This document shows positions 42,501 to 55,026 of a stretch of DNA of 64,000 nucleotides, one piece after another. The position numbers and the translations under genes were made by a program. Each line of letters opens with the position of its first letter. Position 1 is the first letter of the stretch. The DNA lies in the NCBI RefSeq assembly GCF_009914755.1, contig NC_060930.1. One strand, 5' to 3'. The stretch is from the human T2T-CHM13v2.0 reference genome, Homo sapiens. Below the pieces are notes generated by a model that did no database searches, was not told where the DNA came from, and worked only from the letters and a program-made list of their open reading frames with translations.

Positions 42501-45500
42501 TTCTTTTGATAGAGCAGTTTTGAAACACTCTTTTTGTAGTATTTGCATGTGTATATTTAGAGCGCATTGAAGCCCACAGTAGAAAAGGAAATAACTTCAC
42601 CTAAAACCTAGACAGAAGCAATCTCAGAAACTACTTTGTGATGTGTACATTCAACTCACAGAGTGGAACTTTCCTCTTTATAGAGCAGTGTTGAAACACT
42701 CTTTTTGTAGAAACTGCAAGTGGATATTTGGACCTCTTTGAGGCCTTCGTTGGAAACGGGATTTCTTCCTATAACCCTAGACAGAAGAATTTTCAGAAAC
42801 CTCATTGTGATGTGTGCGTTCATCTCACAGAGTGGAGTCTTCCGTTTGATAGAGAAGTTTTGAAACCCTGTTCTTGTAGGATTTCCAAGTGGATATTTAG
42901 ACCACTTTGAAGCCTATGATAGAAAAGGAAACATCTTCATGGAAAACATAGATAGAATCATCCTCAGAAACAACTTTGTGATGTGTGCGTTGAACTCACC
43001 GTCTTTAACCTTTCTTTTGGTAGAGAAGTTTTGAAACACTCTCTTTGTAAAGTCTACAAGTGGATATTTTGAGCCCTTGGAGGCATTCTTTGGAAAAGGG
43101 AATGTCTTCACATAAAAGGCAGACGGAAGTGTTCTCAGAAACTGCTTTGTGATGTCTGTGTTCAACTCACAGAGTTTAACATTTCCTTTGATAGAGCGGT
43201 TTAGTAACCCTCTCTTTGTAGAATTTGGAAGTGTATACTAAGAGCGCTTTGAGGCCTATGGTAGAAAAGGAAATATCTTTCCATAAAAGCTAGACAGAAG
43301 CAATCTCAGAAACTCCTTTGCGATGTCTGCATTCAACTCACCGAGTGGAACATTCCTCTTGAGAGAGCAGTTTGGAAACACTCTTTCTGTAGAATCAGCT
43401 TGTTTGTATTTGGACCTCCTTGAGGCCTTCGTTGGAAACGGGTTTTCATCTTATAAACCCAGACAGAAGAATTCTCAGAGTCTTCTTTGTGATGTGTGCT
43501 TTCAACTCACCGAGATAAAGATTTCTCTTGATAGAGCAATTTGGAAACACTCTTTTTGTAGAATTTGCAAGGGTACATTGAGAGCGCTTTCAGGCCTATG
43601 GTAGAAAAGGGAATATCTTTCCATAAAAGGTAGACAGAAGCAATCTCAGAAACTACTTTGTGATGTGTGCATTCAACTCACCGAGTGCAACGTTCCTCTT
43701 GACCGAGCAGTTTGGAAACATTGTTTCTGTAGAATCTGCAAGTGGATATTTGGACCTCTTTGAGGCCTTCGTTGGAAACGGGATTTCTTCCTATAAACCC
43801 AGACAGAAGAATTCTCAGAGACTTCTTTGTGATGTGTGAATTCAACTCACAGTGTGGATCCTTCCTTTTGATAGAGCAGTTTTGAAACCCTGTTTTTGTA
43901 GTATTTCCAAGCGGATATTCGGAACGCCTTGAAGCGTATGGTAGAAAAGGAAATATCTTCCCATAAAACCTAGACAGAACCAATCTCAGAAACGACTTTG
44001 TGATGTCTGCATTCAAGTCACAGAGTTGAACATTTCTCTTGATAGAGCAGTTTTGAAACCCTCTTTCTGAAGGATCTGCAAGTGGATATTTGGAACTCCT
44101 TTGGGTCTTCGTTGGAAACGGGATTTCTTCGTATAAATCTAGACAGAAGAATTCTCCGAAACTTCTTTGGTTGTGTGCATTCAAGTCACAGAGTGGAACC
44201 TTCCTTTGGATAGAGCAGTTTGAAACGCCGTGGTTGTAGTATTTCCAAGCGGATATTAGAGCGCCTTGAGGCCTATGGTAGAAAAGGAAATATCTTCCCA
44301 TAAAACCTAGACGGAAGCAATCTCAGAAACTACTGTGTGATGGCTGCATTCCACACACACGGTGGAACATTTCTCTTGATAGAGCAGTTTTGAAACACTC
44401 TTTCTGTAGAATCTGCAAGTGGATAATTGGACCGCCTTGAGGCCTTCGTTGGAAACGGGATTTCTTCATGTTACTCTAGATAGAAGAATTCTCAAACACT
44501 GCTATGTGATGTTTGCATTCAAGTCACAGAGTGCAACATTCCTCTTGGTAGAGCAGTTGGGAAACACTCCTTTTGTAGAATCTGCAATGGGATATTTGGA
44601 CTTCTTTGAGGCCTTCGTTGGAAACGGGATTTCTTCGTATGAATCTAGACAGAAGAATTCTCAGAAACTTCCTTGTGATGTGTGCATTCAACTCAGCGAG
44701 TGGCACCTTTCTTTGGATACAGCAGTTTTGAAACACTGTTTTTGTAGTATTTCCAAGCGGATATTTAGAGCGCCTTGAAGCCTATGCTAGAAATGGAAAT
44801 ATCTCCCCATAAAACCAAGACAGAAGCAATCTCAGAAACTAATGTGTGATGGCTGCATTCCACACACACGGTGGACCATTTCTCTTGATAGAGCAGTTTT
44901 GAAACACTCTTTCTGTAGAATCTGCAAGTGGATAATTGGACCTCCTAGAGGCCTTCGTTGGAAACGGGATTTCTTCATCTAAACCTACAGAGAAGAATTC
45001 TCAGTAACTTCTTCGGATGTGTGCATTCGACGCACAGAATGGAACATTCCCTTTGATAGAGCAGTTTTGAGACACCGTTTTTGTAGAATTCCCAAGTGGA
45101 TATTTAGAGCACTTTGAAGTCTCTGCTAGAAAAGGAAACATCTTCATGTAAAAAGTAGATAGAATCGTTCTCAGAAAGTGCTTAGTGACGTGTGCGTTCA
45201 ACTCACAGAGTTTAACGTTTCTTTTGATAGAGCGTTTCTGAAACACCCTTCTTGTAGTAGCTGCAAGTGGATATTTGGACCTATTGGAGGCCTTCTTTGG
45301 AAATGGGATTTCTTCATGTAACTCTAGATTGAAGAGTTCTCAGAAACTCCTTTGTGATGTGTGCATTCAATTCAAAGAGTGAAACCTCCCTTTTCACAGA
45401 GCAGTTTTGAAACACTGTTTTTGTAGGATTTCCAAGGGGATATTTATAGCGCATTGAGCCTACGGCGGAAAAAGAAACATCTTCCTATAAAAACTAGACA

Positions 45501-48500
45501 GAATACTTCTCAGAATCTGCTTTGCGATGTGTGCGTTCAACTCACAGAGTAAAACTTTTCTTTTGATAGAGCAGTTTTGAAACACTCTTTTTGTAGTATT
45601 TGCATGTGTATATTTAGAGCGCATTGAAGCCCACAGTAGAAAAGGAAATAACTTCACCTAAAACCTAGACAGAAGCAATCTCAGAAACTACTTTGTGATG
45701 TGTACATTCAACTCACAGAGTGGAACTTTCCTCTTTATAGAGCAGTGTTGAAACACTCTTTTTGTAGAAACTGCAAGTGGATATTTGGACCTCTTTGAGG
45801 CCTTCGTTGGAAACGGGATTTCTTCCTATAACCCTAGACAGAAGAATTTTCAGAAACCTCATTGTGATGTGTGCGTTCATCTCACAGAGTGGAGTCTTCC
45901 GTTTGATAGAGAAGTTTTGAAACCCTGTTCTTGTAGGATTTCCAAGTGGATATTTAGACCACTTTGAAGCCTATGATAGAAAAGGAAACATCTTCATGGA
46001 AAACATAGATAGAATCATCCTCAGAAACAACTTTGTGATGTGTGCGTTGAACTCACCGTCTTTAACCTTTCTTTTGGTAGAGAAGTTTTGAAACACTCTC
46101 TTTGTAAAGTCTACAAGTGGATATTTTGAGCCCTTGGAGGCATTCTTTGGAAAAGGGAATGTCTTCACATAAAAGGCAGACGGAAGTGTTCTCAGAAACT
46201 GCTTTGTGATGTCTGTGTTCAACTCACAGAGTTTAACATTTCCTTTGATAGAGCGGTTTAGTAACCCTCTCTTTGTAGAATTTGGAAGTGTATACTAAGA
46301 GCGCTTTGAGGCCTATGGTAGAAAAGGAAATATCTTTCCATAAAAGCTAGACAGAAGCAATCTCAGAAACTCCTTTGCGATGTCTGCATTCAACTCACCG
46401 AGTGGAACATTCCTCTTGAGAGAGCAGTTTGGAAACACTCTTTCTGTAGAATCAGCTTGTTTGTATTTGGACCTCCTTGAGGCCTTCGTTGGAAACGGGT
46501 TTTCATCTTATAAACCCAGACAGAAGAATTCTCAGAGTCTTCTTTGTGATGTGTGCTTTCAACTCACCGAGATAAAGATTTCTCTTGATAGAGCAATTTG
46601 GAAACACTCTTTTTGTAGAATTTGCAAGGGTACATTGAGAGCGCTTTCAGGCCTATGGTAGAAAAGGGAATATCTTTCCATAAAAGGTAGACAGAAGCAA
46701 TCTCAGAAACTACTTTGTGATGTGTGCATTCAACTCACCGAGTGCAACGTTCCTCTTGACCGAGCAGTTTGGAAACATTGTTTCTGTAGAATCTGCAAGT
46801 GGATATTTGGACCTCTTTGAGGCCTTCGTTGGAAACGGGATTTCTTCCTATAAACCCAGACAGAAGAATTCTCAGAGACTTCTTTGTGATGTGTGAATTC
46901 AACTCACAGTGTGGATCCTTCCTTTTGATAGAGCAGTTTTGAAACCCTGTTTTTGTAGTATTTCCAAGCGGATATTCGGAACGCCTTGAAGCGTATGGTA
47001 GAAAAGGAAATATCTTCCCATAAAACCTAGACAGAACCAATCTCAGAAACGACTTTGTGATGTCTGCATTCAAGTCACAGAGTTGAACATTTCTCTTGAT
47101 AGAGCAGTTTTGAAACCCTCTTTCTGAAGGATCTGCAAGTGGATATTTGGAACTCCTTTGGGTCTTCGTTGGAAACGGGATTTCTTCGTATAAATCTAGA
47201 CAGAAGAATTCTCCGAAACTTCTTTGGTTGTGTGCATTCAAGTCACAGAGTGGAACCTTCCTTTGGATAGAGCAGTTTGAAACGCCGTGGTTGTAGTATT
47301 TCCAAGCGGATATTAGAGCGCCTTGAGGCCTATGGTAGAAAAGGAAATATCTTCCCATAAAACCTAGACGGAAGCAATCTCAGAAACTACTGTGTGATGG
47401 CTGCATTCCACACACACGGTGGAACATTTCTCTTGATAGAGCAGTTTTGAAACACTCTTTCTGTAGAATCTGCAAGTGGATAATTGGACCGCCTTGAGGC
47501 CTTCGTTGGAAACGGGATTTCTTCATGTTACTCTAGATAGAAGAATTCTCAAACACTGCTATGTGATGTTTGCATTCAAGTCACAGAGTGCAACATTCCT
47601 CTTGGTAGAGCAGTTGGGAAACACTCCTTTTGTAGAATCTGCAATGGGATATTTGGACTTCTTTGAGGCCTTCGTTGGAAACGGGATTTCTTCGTATGAA
47701 TCTAGACAGAAGAATTCTCAGAAACTTCCTTGTGATGTGTGCATTCAACTCAGCGAGTGGCACCTTCCTTTGGATACAGCAGTTTTGAAACACTGTTTTT
47801 GTAGTATTTCCAAGCGGATATTTAGAGCGCCTTGAAGCCTATGCTAGAAATGGAAATATCTCCCCATAAAACCAAGACAGAAGCAATCTCAGAAACTAAT
47901 GTGTGATGGCTGCATTCCACACACACGGTGGACCATTTCTCTTGATAGAGCAGTTTTGAAACACTCTTTCTGTAGAATCTGCAAGTGGATAATTGGACCT
48001 CCTAGAGGCCTTCGTTGGAAACGGGATTTCTTCATCTAAACCTACAGAGAAGAATTCTCAGTAACTTCTTCGGATGTGTGCATTCGACGCACAGAATGGA
48101 ACATTCCCTTTGATAGAGCAGTTTTGAGACACCGTTTTTGTAGAATTCCCAAGTGGATATTTAGAGCACTTTGAAGTCTCTGCTAGAAAAGGAAACATCT
48201 TCATGTAAAAAGTAGATAGAATCGTTCTCAGAAAGTGCTTAGTGACGTGTGCGTTCAACTCACAGAGTTTAACGTTTCTTTTGATAGAGCGTTTCTGAAA
48301 CACCCTTCTTGTAGTAGCTGCAAGTGGATATTTGGACCTATTGGAGGCCTTCTTTGGAAATGGGATTTCTTCATGTAACTCTAGATTGAAGAGTTCTCAG
48401 AAACTCCTTTGTGATGTGTGCATTCAATTCAAAGAGTGAAACCTCCCTTTTCACAGAGCAGTTTTGAAACACTGTTTTTGTAGGATTTCCAAGGGGATAT

Positions 48501-51500
48501 TTATAGCGCATTGAGCCTACGGCGGAAAAAGAAACATCTTCCTATAAAAACTAGACAGAATACTTCTCAGAATCTGCTTTGCGATGTGTGCGTTCAACTC
48601 ACAGAGTAAAACTTTTCTTTTGATAGAGCAGTTTTGAAACACTCTTTTTGTAGTATTTGCATGTGTATATTTAGAGCGCATTGAAGCCCACAGTAGAAAA
48701 GGAAATAACTTCACCTAAAACCTAGACAGAAGCAATCTCAGAAACTACTTTGTGATGTGTACATTCAACTCACAGAGTGGAACTTTCCTCTTTATAGAGC
48801 AGTGTTGAAACACTCTTTTTGTAGAAACTGCAAGTGGATATTTGGACCTCTTTGAGGCCTTCGTTGGAAACGGGATTTCTTCCTATAACCCTAGACAGAA
48901 GAATTTTCAGAAACCTCATTGTGATGTGTGCGTTCATCTCACAGAGTGGAGTCTTCCGTTTGATAGAGAAGTTTTGAAACCCTGTTCTTGTAGGATTTCC
49001 AAGTGGATATTTAGACCACTTTGAAGCCTATGATAGAAAAGGAAACATCTTCATGGAAAACATAGATAGAATCATCCTCAGAAACAACTTTGTGATGTGT
49101 GCGTTGAACTCACCGTCTTTAACCTTTCTTTTGGTAGAGAAGTTTTGAAACACTCTCTTTGTAAAGTCTACAAGTGGATATTTTGAGCCCTTGGAGGCAT
49201 TCTTTGGAAAAGGGAATGTCTTCACATAAAAGGCAGACGGAAGTGTTCTCAGAAACTGCTTTGTGATGTCTGTGTTCAACTCACAGAGTTTAACATTTCC
49301 TTTGATAGAGCGGTTTAGTAACCCTCTCTTTGTAGAATTTGGAAGTGTATACTAAGAGCGCTTTGAGGCCTATGGTAGAAAAGGAAATATCTTTCCATAA
49401 AAGCTAGACAGAAGCAATCTCAGAAACTCCTTTGCGATGTCTGCATTCAACTCACCGAGTGGAACATTCCTCTTGAGAGAGCAGTTTGGAAACACTCTTT
49501 CTGTAGAATCAGCTTGTTTGTATTTGGACCTCCTTGAGGCCTTCGTTGGAAACGGGTTTTCATCTTATAAACCCAGACAGAAGAATTCTCAGAGTCTTCT
49601 TTGTGATGTGTGCTTTCAACTCACCGAGATAAAGATTTCTCTTGATAGAGCAATTTGGAAACACTCTTTTTGTAGAATTTGCAAGGGTACATTGAGAGCG
49701 CTTTCAGGCCTATGGTAGAAAAGGGAATATCTTTCCATAAAAGGTAGACAGAAGCAATCTCAGAAACTACTTTGTGATGTGTGCATTCAACTCACCGAGT
49801 GCAACGTTCCTCTTGACCGAGCAGTTTGGAAACATTGTTTCTGTAGAATCTGCAAGTGGATATTTGGACCTCTTTGAGGCCTTCGTTGGAAACGGGATTT
49901 CTTCCTATAAACCCAGACAGAAGAATTCTCAGAGACTTCTTTGTGATGTGTGAATTCAACTCACAGTGTGGATCCTTCCTTTTGATAGAGCAGTTTTGAA
50001 ACCCTGTTTTTGTAGTATTTCCAAGCGGATATTCGGAACGCCTTGAAGCGTATGGTAGAAAAGGAAATATCTTCCCATAAAACCTAGACAGAACCAATCT
50101 CAGAAACGACTTTGTGATGTCTGCATTCAAGTCACAGAGTTGAACATTTCTCTTGATAGAGCAGTTTTGAAACCCTCTTTCTGAAGGATCTGCAAGTGGA
50201 TATTTGGAACTCCTTTGGGTCTTCGTTGGAAACGGGATTTCTTCGTATAAATCTAGACAGAAGAATTCTCCGAAACTTCTTTGGTTGTGTGCATTCAAGT
50301 CACAGAGTGGAACCTTCCTTTGGATAGAGCAGTTTGAAACGCCGTGGTTGTAGTATTTCCAAGCGGATATTAGAGCGCCTTGAGGCCTATGGTAGAAAAG
50401 GAAATATCTTCCCATAAAACCTAGACGGAAGCAATCTCAGAAACTACTGTGTGATGGCTGCATTCCACACACACGGTGGAACATTTCTCTTGATAGAGCA
50501 GTTTTGAAACACTCTTTCTGTAGAATCTGCAAGTGGATAATTGGACCGCCTTGAGGCCTTCGTTGGAAACGGGATTTCTTCATGTTACTCTAGATAGAAG
50601 AATTCTCAAACACTGCTATGTGATGTTTGCATTCAAGTCACAGAGTGCAACATTCCTCTTGGTAGAGCAGTTGGGAAACACTCCTTTTGTAGAATCTGCA
50701 ATGGGATATTTGGACTTCTTTGAGGCCTTCGTTGGAAACGGGATTTCTTCGTATGAATCTAGACAGAAGAATTCTCAGAAACTTCCTTGTGATGTGTGCA
50801 TTCAACTCAGCGAGTGGCACCTTCCTTTGGATACAGCAGTTTTGAAACACTGTTTTTGTAGTATTTCCAAGCGGATATTTAGAGCGCCTTGAAGCCTATG
50901 CTAGAAATGGAAATATCTCCCCATAAAACCAAGACAGAAGCAATCTCAGAAACTAATGTGTGATGGCTGCATTCCACACACACGGTGGACCATTTCTCTT
51001 GATAGAGCAGTTTTGAAACACTCTTTCTGTAGAATCTGCAAGTGGATAATTGGACCTCCTAGAGGCCTTCGTTGGAAACGGGATTTCTTCATCTAAACCT
51101 ACAGAGAAGAATTCTCAGTAACTTCTTCGGATGTGTGCATTCGACGCACAGAATGGAACATTCCCTTTGATAGAGCAGTTTTGAGACACCGTTTTTGTAG
51201 AATTCCCAAGTGGATATTTAGAGCACTTTGAAGTCTCTGCTAGAAAAGGAAACATCTTCATGTAAAAAGTAGATAGAATCGTTCTCAGAAAGTGCTTAGT
51301 GACGTGTGCGTTCAACTCACAGAGTTTAACGTTTCTTTTGATAGAGCGTTTCTGAAACACCCTTCTTGTAGTAGCTGCAAGTGGATATTTGGACCTATTG
51401 GAGGCCTTCTTTGGAAATGGGATTTCTTCATGTAACTCTAGATTGAAGAGTTCTCAGAAACTCCTTTGTGATGTGTGCATTCAATTCAAAGAGTGAAACC

Positions 51501-54500
51501 TCCCTTTTCACAGAGCAGTTTTGAAACACTGTTTTTGTAGGATTTCCAAGGGGATATTTATAGCGCATTGAGCCTACGGCGGAAAAAGAAACATCTTCCT
51601 ATAAAAACTAGACAGAATACTTCTCAGAATCTGCTTTGCGATGTGTGCGTTCAACTCACAGAGTAAAACTTTTCTTTTGATAGAGCAGTTTTGAAACACT
51701 CTTTTTGTAGTATTTGCATGTGTATATTTAGAGCGCATTGAAGCCCACAGTAGAAAAGGAAATAACTTCACCTAAAACCTAGACAGAAGCAATCTCAGAA
51801 ACTACTTTGTGATGTGTACATTCAACTCACAGAGTGGAACTTTCCTCTTTATAGAGCAGTGTTGAAACACTCTTTTTGTAGAAACTGCAAGTGGATATTT
51901 GGACCTCTTTGAGGCCTTCGTTGGAAACGGGATTTCTTCCTATAACCCTAGACAGAAGAATTTTCAGAAACCTCATTGTGATGTGTGCGTTCATCTCACA
52001 GAGTGGAGTCTTCCGTTTGATAGAGAAGTTTTGAAACCCTGTTCTTGTAGGATTTCCAAGTGGATATTTAGACCACTTTGAAGCCTATGATAGAAAAGGA
52101 AACATCTTCATGGAAAACATAGATAGAATCATCCTCAGAAACAACTTTGTGATGTGTGCGTTGAACTCACCGTCTTTAACCTTTCTTTTGGTAGAGAAGT
52201 TTTGAAACACTCTCTTTGTAAAGTCTACAAGTGGATATTTTGAGCCCTTGGAGGCATTCTTTGGAAAAGGGAATGTCTTCACATAAAAGGCAGACGGAAG
52301 TGTTCTCAGAAACTGCTTTGTGATGTCTGTGTTCAACTCACAGAGTTTAACATTTCCTTTGATAGAGCGGTTTAGTAACCCTCTCTTTGTAGAATTTGGA
52401 AGTGTATACTAAGAGCGCTTTGAGGCCTATGGTAGAAAAGGAAATATCTTTCCATAAAAGCTAGACAGAAGCAATCTCAGAAACTCCTTTGCGATGTCTG
52501 CATTCAACTCACCGAGTGGAACATTCCTCTTGAGAGAGCAGTTTGGAAACACTCTTTCTGTAGAATCAGCTTGTTTGTATTTGGACCTCCTTGAGGCCTT
52601 CGTTGGAAACGGGTTTTCATCTTATAAACCCAGACAGAAGAATTCTCAGAGTCTTCTTTGTGATGTGTGCTTTCAACTCACCGAGATAAAGATTTCTCTT
52701 GATAGAGCAATTTGGAAACACTCTTTTTGTAGAATTTGCAAGGGTACATTGAGAGCGCTTTCAGGCCTATGGTAGAAAAGGGAATATCTTTCCATAAAAG
52801 GTAGACAGAAGCAATCTCAGAAACTACTTTGTGATGTGTGCATTCAACTCACCGAGTGCAACGTTCCTCTTGACCGAGCAGTTTGGAAACATTGTTTCTG
52901 TAGAATCTGCAAGTGGATATTTGGACCTCTTTGAGGCCTTCGTTGGAAACGGGATTTCTTCCTATAAACCCAGACAGAAGAATTCTCAGAGACTTCTTTG
53001 TGATGTGTGAATTCAACTCACAGTGTGGATCCTTCCTTTTGATAGAGCAGTTTTGAAACCCTGTTTTTGTAGTATTTCCAAGCGGATATTCGGAACGCCT
53101 TGAAGCGTATGGTAGAAAAGGAAATATCTTCCCATAAAACCTAGACAGAACCAATCTCAGAAACGACTTTGTGATGTCTGCATTCAAGTCACAGAGTTGA
53201 ACATTTCTCTTGATAGAGCAGTTTTGAAACCCTCTTTCTGAAGGATCTGCAAGTGGATATTTGGAACTCCTTTGGGTCTTCGTTGGAAACGGGATTTCTT
53301 CGTATAAATCTAGACAGAAGAATTCTCCGAAACTTCTTTGGTTGTGTGCATTCAAGTCACAGAGTGGAACCTTCCTTTGGATAGAGCAGTTTGAAACGCC
53401 GTGGTTGTAGTATTTCCAAGCGGATATTAGAGCGCCTTGAGGCCTATGGTAGAAAAGGAAATATCTTCCCATAAAACCTAGACGGAAGCAATCTCAGAAA
53501 CTACTGTGTGATGGCTGCATTCCACACACACGGTGGAACATTTCTCTTGATAGAGCAGTTTTGAAACACTCTTTCTGTAGAATCTGCAAGTGGATAATTG
53601 GACCGCCTTGAGGCCTTCGTTGGAAACGGGATTTCTTCATGTTACTCTAGATAGAAGAATTCTCAAACACTGCTATGTGATGTTTGCATTCAAGTCACAG
53701 AGTGCAACATTCCTCTTGGTAGAGCAGTTGGGAAACACTCCTTTTGTAGAATCTGCAATGGGATATTTGGACTTCTTTGAGGCCTTCGTTGGAAACGGGA
53801 TTTCTTCGTATGAATCTAGACAGAAGAATTCTCAGAAACTTCCTTGTGATGTGTGCATTCAACTCAGCGAGTGGCACCTTCCTTTGGATACAGCAGTTTT
53901 GAAACACTGTTTTTGTAGTATTTCCAAGCGGATATTTAGAGCGCCTTGAAGCCTATGCTAGAAATGGAAATATCTCCCCATAAAACCAAGACAGAAGCAA
54001 TCTCAGAAACTAATGTGTGATGGCTGCATTCCACACACACGGTGGACCATTTCTCTTGATAGAGCAGTTTTGAAACACTCTTTCTGTAGAATCTGCAAGT
54101 GGATAATTGGACCTCCTAGAGGCCTTCGTTGGAAACGGGATTTCTTCATCTAAACCTACAGAGAAGAATTCTCAGTAACTTCTTCGGATGTGTGCATTCG
54201 ACGCACAGAATGGAACATTCCCTTTGATAGAGCAGTTTTGAGACACCGTTTTTGTAGAATTCCCAAGTGGATATTTAGAGCACTTTGAAGTCTCTGCTAG
54301 AAAAGGAAACATCTTCATGTAAAAAGTAGATAGAATCGTTCTCAGAAAGTGCTTAGTGACGTGTGCGTTCAACTCACAGAGTTTAACGTTTCTTTTGATA
54401 GAGCGTTTCTGAAACACCCTTCTTGTAGTAGCTGCAAGTGGATATTTGGACCTATTGGAGGCCTTCTTTGGAAATGGGATTTCTTCATGTAACTCTAGAT

Positions 54501-55026
54501 TGAAGAGTTCTCAGAAACTCCTTTGTGATGTGTGCATTCAATTCAAAGAGTGAAACCTCCCTTTTCACAGAGCAGTTTTGAAACACTGTTTTTGTAGGAT
54601 TTCCAAGGGGATATTTATAGCGCATTGAGCCTACGGCGGAAAAAGAAACATCTTCCTATAAAAACTAGACAGAATACTTCTCAGAATCTGCTTTGCGATG
54701 TGTGCGTTCAACTCACAGAGTAAAACTTTTCTTTTGATAGAGCAGTTTTGAAACACTCTTTTTGTAGTATTTGCATGTGTATATTTAGAGCGCATTGAAG
54801 CCCACAGTAGAAAAGGAAATAACTTCACCTAAAACCTAGACAGAAGCAATCTCAGAAACTACTTTGTGATGTGTACATTCAACTCACAGAGTGGAACTTT
54901 CCTCTTTATAGAGCAGTGTTGAAACACTCTTTTTGTAGAAACTGCAAGTGGATATTTGGACCTCTTTGAGGCCTTCGTTGGAAACGGGATTTCTTCCTAT
55001 AACCCTAGACAGAAGAATTTTCAGAA
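27514..55026 (+). repeat. HOR units 10-18 (3057 bp each), nearly identical block
   Basis: Exact 3057-bp periodicity and all units are C at HOR position 1122. The only differences noticed are 31358 G>A and 44710 C>T. Confidence 0.93.
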
